A stretch of 64,000 nucleotides of DNA from Chrysomallon squamiferum (taxonomy: Eukaryota; Animalia; Mollusca): NCBI GenBank assembly GCA_012295275.1, contig CM022665.1, positions 9,052,001 to 9,116,000 on the forward strand, read 5' to 3'. A program made the position numbers and the translations under genes. The notes under the pieces are model-generated. The model was not told where the DNA came from. It ran no database searches and worked only from the letters and a program-made list of their open reading frames with translations. Of the stretch, positions 14,001 to 25,750 are shown piece by piece (within the stretch, counting starts at the first letter, position 1; the number at the start of each line of letters is the position of its first letter).

Positions 14001-15593
14001 CAGACGAAGTTTTAAAATATTCTTCAGTTTTATTCGAGAAAACTGGAATATATTTTTACATTGTTTCTATCATAAATAGTTAAACAAAAATAATAATAAT
14101 AATTCACTATGAATCTATATACGTCTAACGTTTCCACCATAAAACTGGCTGAAAAATGATTATCTTTAATTCTGTCTGGTTACCGTAGAAATTATTATCA
14201 GTTCGTAATAATCTGAAGTCTGATGTAAAATAATGATGCTATCGATCGTAAAATCTTTCTTTCGTTAAGCTGACAAAAAGATTAATCCTCCAACACTGTC
14301 CCAGATATAAGAAACAAGCTCTTAAATTTTCTTTAATGATAAAACTGTTAAAATAGACTATTTGCAAGACAAACAAAATCAGTTTGATACACGGACTGTA
14401 AAGGAGTTTCATCGACAGGGAATTTTACTTATTTAAATTATTTTCAATGATTATATACACATATTCATACTCATACATAAATACCTACACATGCGTTTAT
14501 ATACACAAGAATACACACCCCACACAAACATTCATATATTATACATACATACATACATACCATAAATAAATACATACATACATACAAGCATACATATATA
14601 CACAGACAAACGCACACACACAAACTCACAAATACATAAATATTTTACATTGGTCAACTATTGGCATTTAATAGTCAGATATGAATCAAATGGGGGGAAA
14701 AAAAAATGTATGAAGCCAGCTATATTTCCATGTCATTTCAAGAACATTTTCTCATCTCCATTGTTAAGAACTTGTACAATGAAAACCATGTTCGTGCTCT
14801 GTCTAAGGCTTATTAAGTCGACGCATCATTCATCAAACTCAAGTCTACGCTAAAATGAGCAGACCCTCGCTTTTTACTGTCTTACAACCCTGACAGTCTG
14901 CTTATTATAATTGAGTTTTTTAAATCCATTTTAATACAATACAGTATCAGAGAGGATTTACATGTCATGTATTAAATTTGTATATATCATGCTTAATCAT
15001 CATTTTATTTTTTTACATTTCATGCAGTGATGTCATGGGCGACTTTCATATGGACAAAAAAACTTGCAGTAGAAATAATCATATTCAGTGTATACTGTAT
15101 ACATAAAAAAAAAAAAAAAAAACATCCTTGGAAAATATAATTTAATGTTAGTAATTTTAAAAATCAAACAATAAAATAGGTAAGTAGTATTTAGATAAAA
15201 AGAGTTGATCCATATCAAGATATAAGATTTAGACATCATTTTTTAATGTAATTCTGTGGTTAAAGTTATATGGAAATAGTTTATTGTGAACGACAGGTGG
15301 AATTTGGTGTTCCATTGACACATAGCTGAAACATTGGGTTCATAATGACGTCATTGTTAAGTCTCTGGTTCCGTTGAAAAAAAATTAAAAAATTAAGACT
15401 TTATTATTTTGAATCTTAAATGCAGATATATTTTATCCTTCATTACTACCTACAGAACCATTTGATGTCCTGAACGATTTAGAATCAGTTTTACGCACAT
15501 GCTTAACATGATGCCGTGAAATACTCTAGGTCTTGTTTTTCATTTGTAACATTTATCGACATTTCAGCGTATTTTGTTATTAATTAATATTTG

Positions 15594-15770
15594 AATAAAC
15601 GAAGGAAGTCAGTTAATCTAGTTTTATGGTGTCAAACATCTTTAAGAACATCTATACAAATAACGAGAAAGGAAATCCGCTGCCGTCACGCGATGACCTA
15701 CTCGTTTTCGATTAGCAACAACTGATCCTTGATATTCACCTACCTATGGATAGCAAAGTGTATGCAACTC
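15594..15770 (-). mobile_element. Decayed tRNA-derived SINE fragment (resembles molluscan Meta-type SINEs)
   Basis: GAGAAAGGAAATCCGCTGCCGTCAC...CTACTCGTTTTCGATTAGCAACAA...ATCCTTGATATTCACC resembles, from recall, the reverse strand of an abundant molluscan SINE (GAGGAAACCCGCTG...GCTACTCTTTTCGATTAGCAGCAAGGGATCTTTTATATGCACC). Not verified by search. Confidence 0.5.
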
Positions 15771-16582
15771 TGTCACTGAGAAAAGTCTAGGCAAAACAAA
15801 ATTAATAAATCCAGGGACTCGTCGCAACCCACCTCAGCCCTAGAACTTCAAAAGGCTATTAAATGTAACATTTTAGTGATTTGGGTTATTTGTTGCTATT
15901 CTGTAGGCTGTTTTATCGATTAACAGTAATAAATATTTTACATGAGTTGTCCCATAAACGTGAAAGCATATATCATACTTTCAAGAAATCAAACGAGATG
16001 CAGTGGTTAGAACGAGAAATACTGCAGATAAAGACTGGAGGAGAAGACTACTGAACTTGCTCTGGGATTATGTCGGTAAAGAGATTATATTATACTTCAC
16101 TGAAAATGATGATATTTAATTATTACGTTTTTTCACGTCCAAGTAAATTTTCAAAAATGTTAAACCTTTTTTTTTTTTTTTTTTTTTTTTTTAGCTAGTC
16201 AGTCGGTGTACACGTTATTAAATTAATTTATTTTAAAGAATCTTCACCACATTAATTAATAATAAATAAAATACCTAGTTTTATCATTCATTTATATTCA
16301 TTCACTACTACAGAAATGTCGTCTGTCAGTAAGAAAATAAGTTCATAAATGTCAATATAGATTTTGTATACTGACGAGTTTTCTTTTTCGTGTAAGAAAC
16401 CGAGAATTTGTGTTGATCTGTTGACGATTATGACACCAGGCTGCTACAGAAATTAGTATAGCATAAATACTAGTCTAATGATACGGTTAAGTGACCTTTT
16501 AATGAGTCGTTACATGTCAGTTTCTTCCTGTGGTAAAGATTGTCTCGTTTCCTCTAGTCAATCAAATCAAATTAGATATAAA

Positions 16583-16705
16583 GGTGTCATCTGGAGCACA
16601 TTTCTTGTGAACTACATTGATGTGTTATCTGGAGCACATTTCTTGTGAACTACATTGATGTGTTATCTGGAGCACATTTCTTGTGAACTACATTGATGCG
16701 TTATC
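16583..16705. repeat. Near-perfect 38-bp tandem repeat, 3.2 copies
   Basis: Unit TGTGTTATCTGGAGCACATTTCTTGTGAACTACATTGA at 16583 (variant start), 16621 and 16659, with a partial copy at 16697. No spacers. Confidence 0.95.
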
Positions 16706-17796
16706 GCGCACGACCGATCAGCAGATGCGACAAGGAGAGAGATCGTCAGACAATAAAAGCATTTAAGAAAAAAAATAAAAAATTGTAAAATAATGATTAA
16801 ATTCTTTCTTCTTCAAGAGGAAAGAATTTAAGCGGTCAATCACTTAACAGCTACTTGAGCCGAATATAATTTTCGAAGTGTTATACAATTTTTTTAGTTC
16901 AGTTTGGAGGTGTGTATGCTATTTGACCATATCAGTACATTGATAAATTTATTTAAATACCAGTATAAGTTATTCTTTGTACGTTCTTATAAAATTATTC
17001 AATAATATTTATGCAACCTTGACTTCTGTTTATTGCTTTGTTTTGATGGAAAATCTAACACTGTTCGATCGAATAACTATCAGATATGCAATAACTATAC
17101 AATTTTTGTTTAAATGAAACAACTAACACATTCATACATCATGGTTTAGAATTAAATTTTTTAGTATTTATTTCAAACCACAAATTTTCTTTCTAATTTA
17201 CTATTATTTCGGTTATCCTAAACAGCTGTTAAACCGTTTACAAAACACATTAAAGTGATCTACAAAAGTTCGAAAATTTATTAATAAGCATTTCATTAAT
17301 AACTTCGCAGTAACGTAACCATCCGTAAATTTACAAAGGGCAGTTCTATTTCATTACTTCCCGTATTTAAATTAGAAGCCGCAAGCTACTGTATCAAAAT
17401 TTTTCATTTAATAATTACATTTATATTTTAATATTTTACACATCGGCTAAAGGCTAAAAACAATCGACTTTAAGACTGGCAGGTTCTGTGTTCGCATACT
17501 GATGTGGATTCTTAGGAAGAAAAACTTGACTCTAGAACTGTGTACCCAAGACAGACGTGTTTACATCAGAATATTTTCACAGGATGTAAGCATGTTTCAA
17601 ATGTTTAATTGTTAACATATGACTCAAACTCTTGAATAATTTACAGATCAGAATATTTTTCTTCTTCTGTAAAACCACTCTTCCTCTGTATTATATTACA
17701 ATTTGTTACTTCTTAATATGAAAAATTAGATTTTCATACTTCAAAATATAAATGCCAGATATTAAATCAAATACTCGTTCCTTGAAAATGCGCAAT

Positions 17797-17827
<31 letters not shown>

Positions 17828-17894
17828 AGAAAATTTCTTTATGTAATAAATGTCAAATATTTTTATGTTTGAAACTGATGTTATGGTATAATCT

Positions 17895-17990
17895 TGTAGG
17901 AAAGAACATGCCACGGACTTTGATAAACAGGTAAAGGGTATTGATTGGATCGGGAAATAGCGTAATGAACGCACTGAGTAGACTGATTAT
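17895..17990 (-). mobile_element. Decayed SINE fragment (same family as 15594-15770)
   Basis: ACATGCCACGGACTTTGATAAACAG...GATTGGATCGGGAAATAGCGTAATG resembles the recalled segment ACATACCACGGCCTTTGATATACCAG...GGCTGGAACGAGAAATAGCCCAATG. Confidence 0.45.
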
Positions 17991-19836
17991 ACAGTTTTTT
18001 GTGCTTACGACTTACGTTACAACCACTGAACCAAAGCTGCTCTTTGTAAAAAAAGAAAACAATTATAATAGTAATAAATAAATAAATAAAAAAAGGAAGA
18101 AAAAAAAAAAAAAAAGAAAAAAATGAAATGATTTTGGATGTCAGAATTATACGGATAGTCATTAAGTTCCTAATTCTCTTAATATTTTTTGTTAAAAATA
18201 ATTCGTCTAAAAACATATTACATTTTCTGAAAAAAAAAAAAGAACCAAAAAAAAGACTTCATCTTGGACTGACAATGTGATAAATAATGTAATTTAATAT
18301 TTTTCTTAAGTAATCTTTTTAAAACGAAAATTACAATTTTTTACTAGATAGGAACAAAACCAGAGAAAAATGTTTAATTTCCGTGATAACCGGATTTTAC
18401 TTTAGATTATTGATTTTTTAGTTCATCAATTCCTGAACTACAAAATGTCCTGATGTATTATTTTAAACAGGTTTTGATTGAAATTAAAGAAAATATAACA
18501 ATGCAGCGTATTTACGTGTTAATCTTCTGAGGAAGTCAGTGTGTCAAACGCATCAAATAATAACAAGCAATTTGAAAAATATGAAATTTGCTTTTAACGT
18601 TTCTTCAGGGCGGTGTCAAAATTGTTTCCAGAGGGTTTAGGAAATTTCGACCGTCGATGATTTAACAGTTCTGGTGAGTTAGGCGCTTTTAAATCTTTTT
18701 GTAAATATAATTATTGTATATATTCCAGTATGAATATGAGAACAAACAGAAAATGAAAGACTGAATAAATCCACGCCATGGACTCGGGCCTGCTTTTTCT
18801 GTTATATTTTCACTGTTTGCTTTCAAAATAGTTCAGTTAATACGTGTTTTGTTTTAAATGTGACTGAAATCAGAACAGAATAAAAACATTTCAGTCTGAA
18901 TTACCAACAGGTAAGACTATTATAAAATTCCTTTAATGGACATTTTCATTTCAAAAATATAATTTTAGATATGATTTTTTTTTAATTATTTTTTTTTTTT
19001 TTTTTTTCTTTTATTCGTTTGGCATTTTTCATGAGAAAAAAAGGTTTATATATTTAAATGTATTTTAATTTTTCGAAATCAGCTAATTGCAATGGAGTAT
19101 ATATATATATATATATTTTTTTTATTTTATTTTTTTATTATCGTTTTCTCATGTATTTTATTTATTATCTCAATCCAGCCGGTGCGCCATGACTGTTTTA
19201 TCAAAGGTTATGACAAATGCTTTTCTACCTATGGGAAGGTGCATACATAAGATCCTTTATTTCCAAATAAATAAAATAAAAATAAATAATAATACTAATA
19301 AACACCAGATTTCCTCTCTCATTATTTGTATAGATATTAACTATATTTATGCCTCCATTTAATTGTACATAACAAGGTATTGCGTCCGTTGTTAAATTAA
19401 ACATTTTTGCTTGCTTCCTTTCCAGTCTATTCTTTGCACAGGTAGCGTGTTTAAGTTCAGTAATGATTATCCTGTCTTTATCTACATCAGTGTTCAGAAC
19501 CGCTATACATGGATGCAAACAACTCTGTACACACCGAAAGGTGAAAATGACTTATAAATTGTTCTAAAATTCTGATCAAACTGCGTCCATAAAAGGCTTT
19601 GCACTTTATTAACAGAGCATTGATTTATTGTTCATTCTTTTACATAAACATATTGAAATAGCAAAATTCATTTATTTCATACTTACAGTTACCAGTGGTG
19701 GATCCAACATTTCATAAAAGGGTCAGACCATACATTGTAATGTATAAAACTTTCAATATTAAATAAATTTCGTAGTAATAATATCATTATTAATAATAAT
19801 AAGGTCTGCTTATGGATTATAAGAACATTTTAAATA

Positions 19837-20120
19837 CAGTTTGAGAATCTTTTATCCGAAATCCTAGGGACCAGAAGACTTTGGGATTTTGGAATCCTAC
19901 GAGAATAGGATGTAAGACTTATATGAAATCCTTTCATATTTCATGTACAGCTTATACAAATAGCCAACAGGACTTTTTGTATACAGCAATTTTAATAATT
20001 TTGAGCATAAAATGAAGTACTAAAACTGTAAGATATCACTATTTCTACTGCTCGGAAAAGGCTTCCGATTTCAGAGCTTTTCGGGTCTCAGAATTTCGGA
20101 ATTAAGGGATCCTCAACCTG
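19837..20120. mobile_element. Non-autonomous Tc1/mariner-pogo (Tigger-type) MITE, Tigger4/Zombi-like, 284 bp
   Basis: Flanked by TA on both sides (19835-36 and 20121-22). Imperfect TIRs: left CAGTTTGAGAATCTTTTATCCGAAAT, right (reverse complement) CAGGTTGAGGATCCCTTAATTCCGAAAT. Subterminal sequence resembles the recalled Tigger4 consensus. Confidence 0.85.
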
Positions 20121-20161
20121 TATTACGTTTCAAAGTTTATTCTTAATTCAATAATACTTAC

Positions 20162-20387
20162 TCTGTTCTGTATCACGCTTGCGTAACCATTTCTCCCTGA
20201 AGCCTCCATACGGCATACACACCAAATTTAGTAATTCTGGAAGTCTTGAACCACAAATGCCTCTAGGTCCTTCTCTTTTGGTTTCCAAAGTGCAAGTTTT
20301 TTCATAGTGCGTAAAAACTGAGCCTAGCTGTAGACACAACACACCAATGAGAACGAGAGGACATTTGGTAAAACTTTCCATAATCAT
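20162..20387 (-). CDS. Molluscan insulin-related peptide precursor, first coding exon (signal peptide, B chain, start of C-peptide)
   Basis: MIMESFTKCPLVLIGVLCLQLGSVFT-HYEKTCTLETKREGPRGICGSRLPELLNLVCMPYGGFREKWL-RKR-DTEQ. Shows a hydrophobic signal, the B-chain motif CGxxLxxxLxxxC, an extra N-terminal Cys typical of molluscan insulins and a tribasic site. Acceptor ttgcag ends at 20407; donor A|gtaagt at 20161 (phase 1). Alternative ATG at 20381. Confidence 0.95.
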
Positions 20388-21518
20388 ACAGCCGAGCAAA
20401 AGGCACCTGCAATTACAAAACGATAAATATAAGTTCACCTAAGTGAAATAAAAATAAACACCGCACACCGCTATCATCAGTTTAGGATACCTCTGTGAGG
20501 AGTCTTCATTACAGGGCTGCAACGGGATAATACCGTGCTGTCTTACTGGATCCTGAGAAAATCGAACACAGTAATCATTTATTCAGACAGCACTGTGCAG
20601 TACAGAACACAAAATTACGAAAACGGAGTAATATTATATTGCACAAAATTTTAAAATATGAAAATAGATTTAGATCATTTTGTACAAAACACGTAATTAC
20701 GAAAACAAGTTAAGATCGCGATAAGATTGTCCGTAATTGTATATAAGGACTATGAATCATAAAATACTGTAAACAATCCTATATTATAAACATGTATTTA
20801 ATAAATGATAATTATATGTCTATATATAAAATACATTCTTCACAGTCTGAAATAAAAATGGAACTGTCGGATAATGCAGATTTCAGATGATGAATTGATT
20901 CGAGTAAGACAATAACGTTACAGTGCTACGAAAGACATAACGTAACTGTAATTCAAGTAATCAGAAATAGCACGTAATGTCAAGAAGACCAACAACATTT
21001 CACCCAACAGAAAATGATAAGTAGCTTATGTCATGTGAACACCTTCGTGACTTTTACATCCACCTTGTTCAGTAACGAAGGTTATTTTCCATTAAAAAAA
21101 AAATGTATATTTATAATCATGTGATTAATCTGCCTAATAAAGTTTCTTAAAGTGGTTTGTTAGGAATTTACTTCCTTCCAGGCTTAATGATCGGTGACAC
21201 CTAAGGCAGTAACGGCAGCTATCATAAACTTGAGATTCATAGATGTAGTTGTACGATTCCTCTTCAGAGTCTTCGTTTTGCCTTAAGTTCTCAGAAATAT
21301 TTTTTGAAAACGCAGACATCCCTTAAGGATATCTGTCAAAAGCCAATGAACAACGGATAATGAAAATAGACGAATCTTTTTTTTTTTTTTTTTTTTTAAT
21401 TTTATTATTATTTTTTTAAATATATTTGTTTTGATGTAAGAAAATCAAAAAAGTAAAAAATAATGTAATGTGTTTTCGTAATCTTCCAGCTTTAAAATGT
21501 ATTGTTTTATTATCTTTA

Positions 21519-21623
21519 AATATAATATAATATAATATAATATAATATAATATAATATAATATAATATAATATAATATAATATAATACAATATAATATAA
21601 TATAATATAATATAATATAATAT
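21519..21623. repeat. (AATAT)n pentanucleotide microsatellite
   Basis: About 20 units read directly, one with a substitution. Confidence 0.95.
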
Positions 21624-23655
21624 ATAGATACAGAGATAATAACTTTTGTGTTGGTTTTTATTTAGTTAGTTATTTTGCTATTAATTCTTAAAATGGTTTG
21701 CACTTCCAAACTATTAATTATTTCTTTAAATGACTGCACTATCTGAATTCAGACCGTTTGCTTCAGAAATGTAGTAGTAATAAAGTCTTTAAAAATAATT
21801 ATCACTTTGAAATACCTTTTGTATCCGTCTGGTCATTGAAGTTAACTAGGCCTTTGCTTGTGTTAATATGTACCCAAAGGAAAACGTCTACAAATAATTG
21901 CTTCATTCTGAATTTGATTACGTACACTAAATGATCAAATGACATTTAATTTCGGATCTCGTGTATCTCAAATGCTTTAATTAAAATGTCCCAAAGAAAA
22001 GGTCAAGCTTATTACGAAGACGCTGTTAGAGCAAAATTAATTAAGGACAACAGATTTAACGCCAAAGTCGTCTTTGGGCCTTTAAACAGAAGTGAACGTT
22101 AATATATTGTATATATATTCTTATAAAATGATGAATAAATTCTTATAAAATTATCTGTATCTAGTACAGTTAAATGGTTTATCGTTCATAAACATCTCCC
22201 GTAACCTCAGTCGTTTACTTCAGGTTTGTAAGATTCAATAAATAACAGAAACTAGATGGTAACATATTTGAGTAATCGAAGTAGTTGTTGTAGCGTTATG
22301 AAACGCAGTACATTTCTTCAGTTTTAACATTTACTCGCATGCTTTATATTGAGTTGGGTTGTTTTGTTTTTATAATAATTATCAGCATTAGGCTGGGAGT
22401 CTATGATTTGGCTTAAATGTATTATCAAAAAAAAGATTGGGTGAGGATCAGCGTCAGACAGCTAACTGCTTTAGACTGGTAATTTAGACTGGATGTTTCA
22501 TTCACGAGAAAATAAAAGTCGACAACAAAATTTATGTAACCAAACCATATATATATAATAAACTTATTTGATATATAATTTAACAAATTACAGTTTCTAT
22601 ATCACGTATAAAGCTCTAAATATAAACACCATAAATCCATCTAATTCACGGTTTCTGTTGCTGATAGCTGTCAATTAAATATGTGATTACATAATAATGG
22701 AAATGCTTGTCAATAGAATGAACTTACTATTAAATTAATATACATATGCTTCAGATTTTTAATGAAAATGAATGAATGAACGTTCAGTTTCTATCTCTTT
22801 AATATAAAAAAACAATTGTCATGCTTCTTGTAGGCTAATGATGACGTGCGAAAAAAAATAAAATTATTGATGCTTTTCCACGTACCATTCTTATTATGTT
22901 TTTAATTTTTTTCATATGTGGCGTTTTTCTGAAACTTCAGTCTTAAGTTGCTGGGTGAAATGATAAATAGTTCAAGAGTACACTGAGGAAGGTTTACCCA
23001 GCGACCACAGGCTACATGTCAGCAACATGGTGTGAAACCAAACTGCTTGTAGCGAAGTAATTACTTTTGTTAATCAGAGGTGGACGCAGTAATTGATGTT
23101 GACTACTTTCTAACCTTTGTCTGTTTATTCAGAACTACATCCCAGCAATGTGGATGATTAGGATATAACAGTAACCATTATAGACGGATAAGTGAAATAT
23201 TACAGTTTGAAACGATTTTTTATTAAGGATTCTTAATCCTCTACTAATATTCTGTTCCTAATATATTTTAAATATATATTTAGATTGTAGACGTAATAGC
23301 ATCTGCACCATAGAAAACTAAGCTGAATATTCCCAGTCAATTGAAACATAATCCACCGCATACATATTTTATGACATACCCAGACAATAGTATAAAATTA
23401 TTTATAAATGTGGCAACTTCAAAACGTGAAATTTATCTTTCGTTTTAAGCAGTTGTAAAATTTTGGTTTTCTCTTCTTCCATCTTCAGCTGGTTTTTTGT
23501 TTTTGTTTTTGTTTTGTTTTTAAATTTTGCTTTCTTTTATCTATTTATTTTATTACTGTTGTTTTCTTGTATTTGTGGGGTTTTATTATTATTATTGTTA
23601 TTAGTTTTAATAGTAATAGTAGAAGCAGCAGTAGCAATAGTATTTTGTATAAGTA

Positions 23656-23700
<45 letters not shown>

Positions 23701-24302
23701 CATATAGTTTTATTTATTTTTTTATTATATTTATATATATGCATTTAAAAAAAATTATACTGGCGATGTCCACTGGTTTTTAAGTTACTGAAGATAGTAA
23801 GCTTTATATACACGTACATTTTATGCAACGCAAATAAAAATAGAATAGAACTTGAACTATCTGTCAGATAATTATATTCTTAACTTTTTGTTAAACTATA
23901 AATTAGATCCAACTGAATTAAAATAATAAAATTATTAATCATTTTAAGAGATTAATATTTCATATTTTTTTTTTATCTTAAAATACCTCTGCTTGTCGAT
24001 TAAAACGTAAACCGCTCTGTTTAAATAAAATAATGTTCGTTTCAAAACGTTTTCAAAAACAAATGTAATAATACAATACTTACTTTTATACATTAATGAC
24101 CTATTAAAGACAATAACTAATAAATAAACGAAATAAATGACAACTGTATAGTACATAATTGTTGTTATTATTATTATTATTATTATTCCAGAGAATCACT
24201 TTTGAACTTTTCAGTGGATGTATTAATTTGAATTTAAAAAATTAAACTTTTAAACCGTACAGGTACGATACAGTTAAACTGTATGTATATGTTAACACTT
24301 AC

Positions 24303-24410
24303 CTTGGCTGAAAGTAAAACAATCCAAAGCGCTGTCAGATTTGTGGACAGCACTTGACACTAAGCGCAAAGAAAGAATACCTATCAATCTCGCTCTTTTA
24401 TCCTTTTATC
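24303..24410 (-). promoter_or_regulatory. Candidate core promoter and non-coding exon 1 of the insulin-related peptide gene
   Basis: Consensus donor AAG|GTAAGT on the minus strand at 24303/24302. Tandem TATA-like GATAAAAG motifs at about 24394-24410 lie in a locally GC-richer block. The first coding exon starts with an acceptor 19 nt before the ATG, so an upstream UTR exon is expected. Confidence 0.55.
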
Positions 24411-25565
24411 GACGATCGTTGCCTGCCACCCACAATGGCTAGCAGTGCTTGAGAAAACCGTCTAAAAGACCCGATTTGTTCTCTTTGGAGTTTTTCTGGC
24501 CTCTGTCTCTCTTATCAGAACATGTAGAGATAATGATTGGTTGCTTTGCCTTGTTCTAGCTCAGAGTGATCCTCTTATTTCACATGTTCAATTTACTGTT
24601 TAAAAAACTCCCGCTAGTCTTATTATATTCTCCCCCACGCAGCCTCGGTTCCATTCTCACGTGAAGAGTTATGCATACCCGACACTGTGACGACAATATT
24701 TGAGAACCCATGCTGCTGTTAATCGATCTAAGTCGACTTGCTCGTGGCAGCATAATCTTTTGTTTGCTGGGACAAATTAGAATCACACTGTAACAGTACG
24801 TTCAATAGTGAAGACGTTCCTTTCCAATAAAACAACATACCCCCCATCTTGTTTGTTATGTCCGCCAGGGAAACTTGAGATAATTGTTGATTTTTGCTAC
24901 TGGTAAACCACATACAAAGCAAACAAATTCTATAGAATTGTATAGCCCTAAAGATAACTAAAAATAATCATTAAATATTTTTACTACTTTTATCGTGCAA
25001 AGTACAAACTTAAAGAAAATTGATGTTTGTGAATCAGTTAATCTTCCGCTTAAGGCTTCATATTTACCCCTGACACGAAATCTTGTGTCTAAAATTCTTT
25101 TATACTGTTAATTACTTATATATTTTATTTCAGTTAAAACTGTCAGAACACAGTCTTACTTTTTTATAAACTGTCTGCTTTATCCAGATACTAATGGAAG
25201 TTCGTCTCGTATTAACAAATCATCTCCATTTTTCGTGCTCTTCAAAATATTTGAATGCGTTGCCTCATATTATAGATATTTCAAACGAAAATGTAAGAAT
25301 TAAAATCAGCTAATTTTTATACTAGATACTCAAATGCATGTATTTGTACAACATTCCGAACAAGCACAAGAAAAGGTTTATTTGTATGTCTGTTCTTAAA
25401 TACAGCTAATGATGATTTAGCAAACTGATCGTAAAAATCAACTTTTGAATTTCTATATCAGACGTAATATTTGCATCTTCTTGTCTTATCAAGACACCAC
25501 AGTTTGCTGTAATTATCAGCCCACAGAGATGCATTTATCGGAAGACCTTTAGTACTGTATTCGAA

Positions 25566-25750
25566 TTATTATCATCATCATCACCATCACCATCATTATC
25601 CTCCTCCTCATCATCATCATAATTATCATTACTGCCTCGACTACTACTACTACTTTTACTACTACTACTAAAACAACTTCAAGTATACCACTACTGTTAC
25701 TACTACTTCTAACTCTGTCACCGCCACCACCACCACAGACATCACCATTA
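25566..25750. repeat. Compound trinucleotide low-complexity tract (ATC/ACC/CCT/ACT)
   Basis: Read directly. Confidence 0.8.

Noticed and set aside
16583-16705. 38-bp repeats as a CRISPR array
   Set aside because: The copies are directly adjacent with no unique spacers, there are no cas genes, and the context is a eukaryotic intron.
20407-20438. N-terminal extension MNLYLSFCNC of the insulin ORF in the track
   Set aside because: It starts at a non-ATG codon and lies in the intron upstream of the ttgcag acceptor; the real start is ATG 20387 or 20381.
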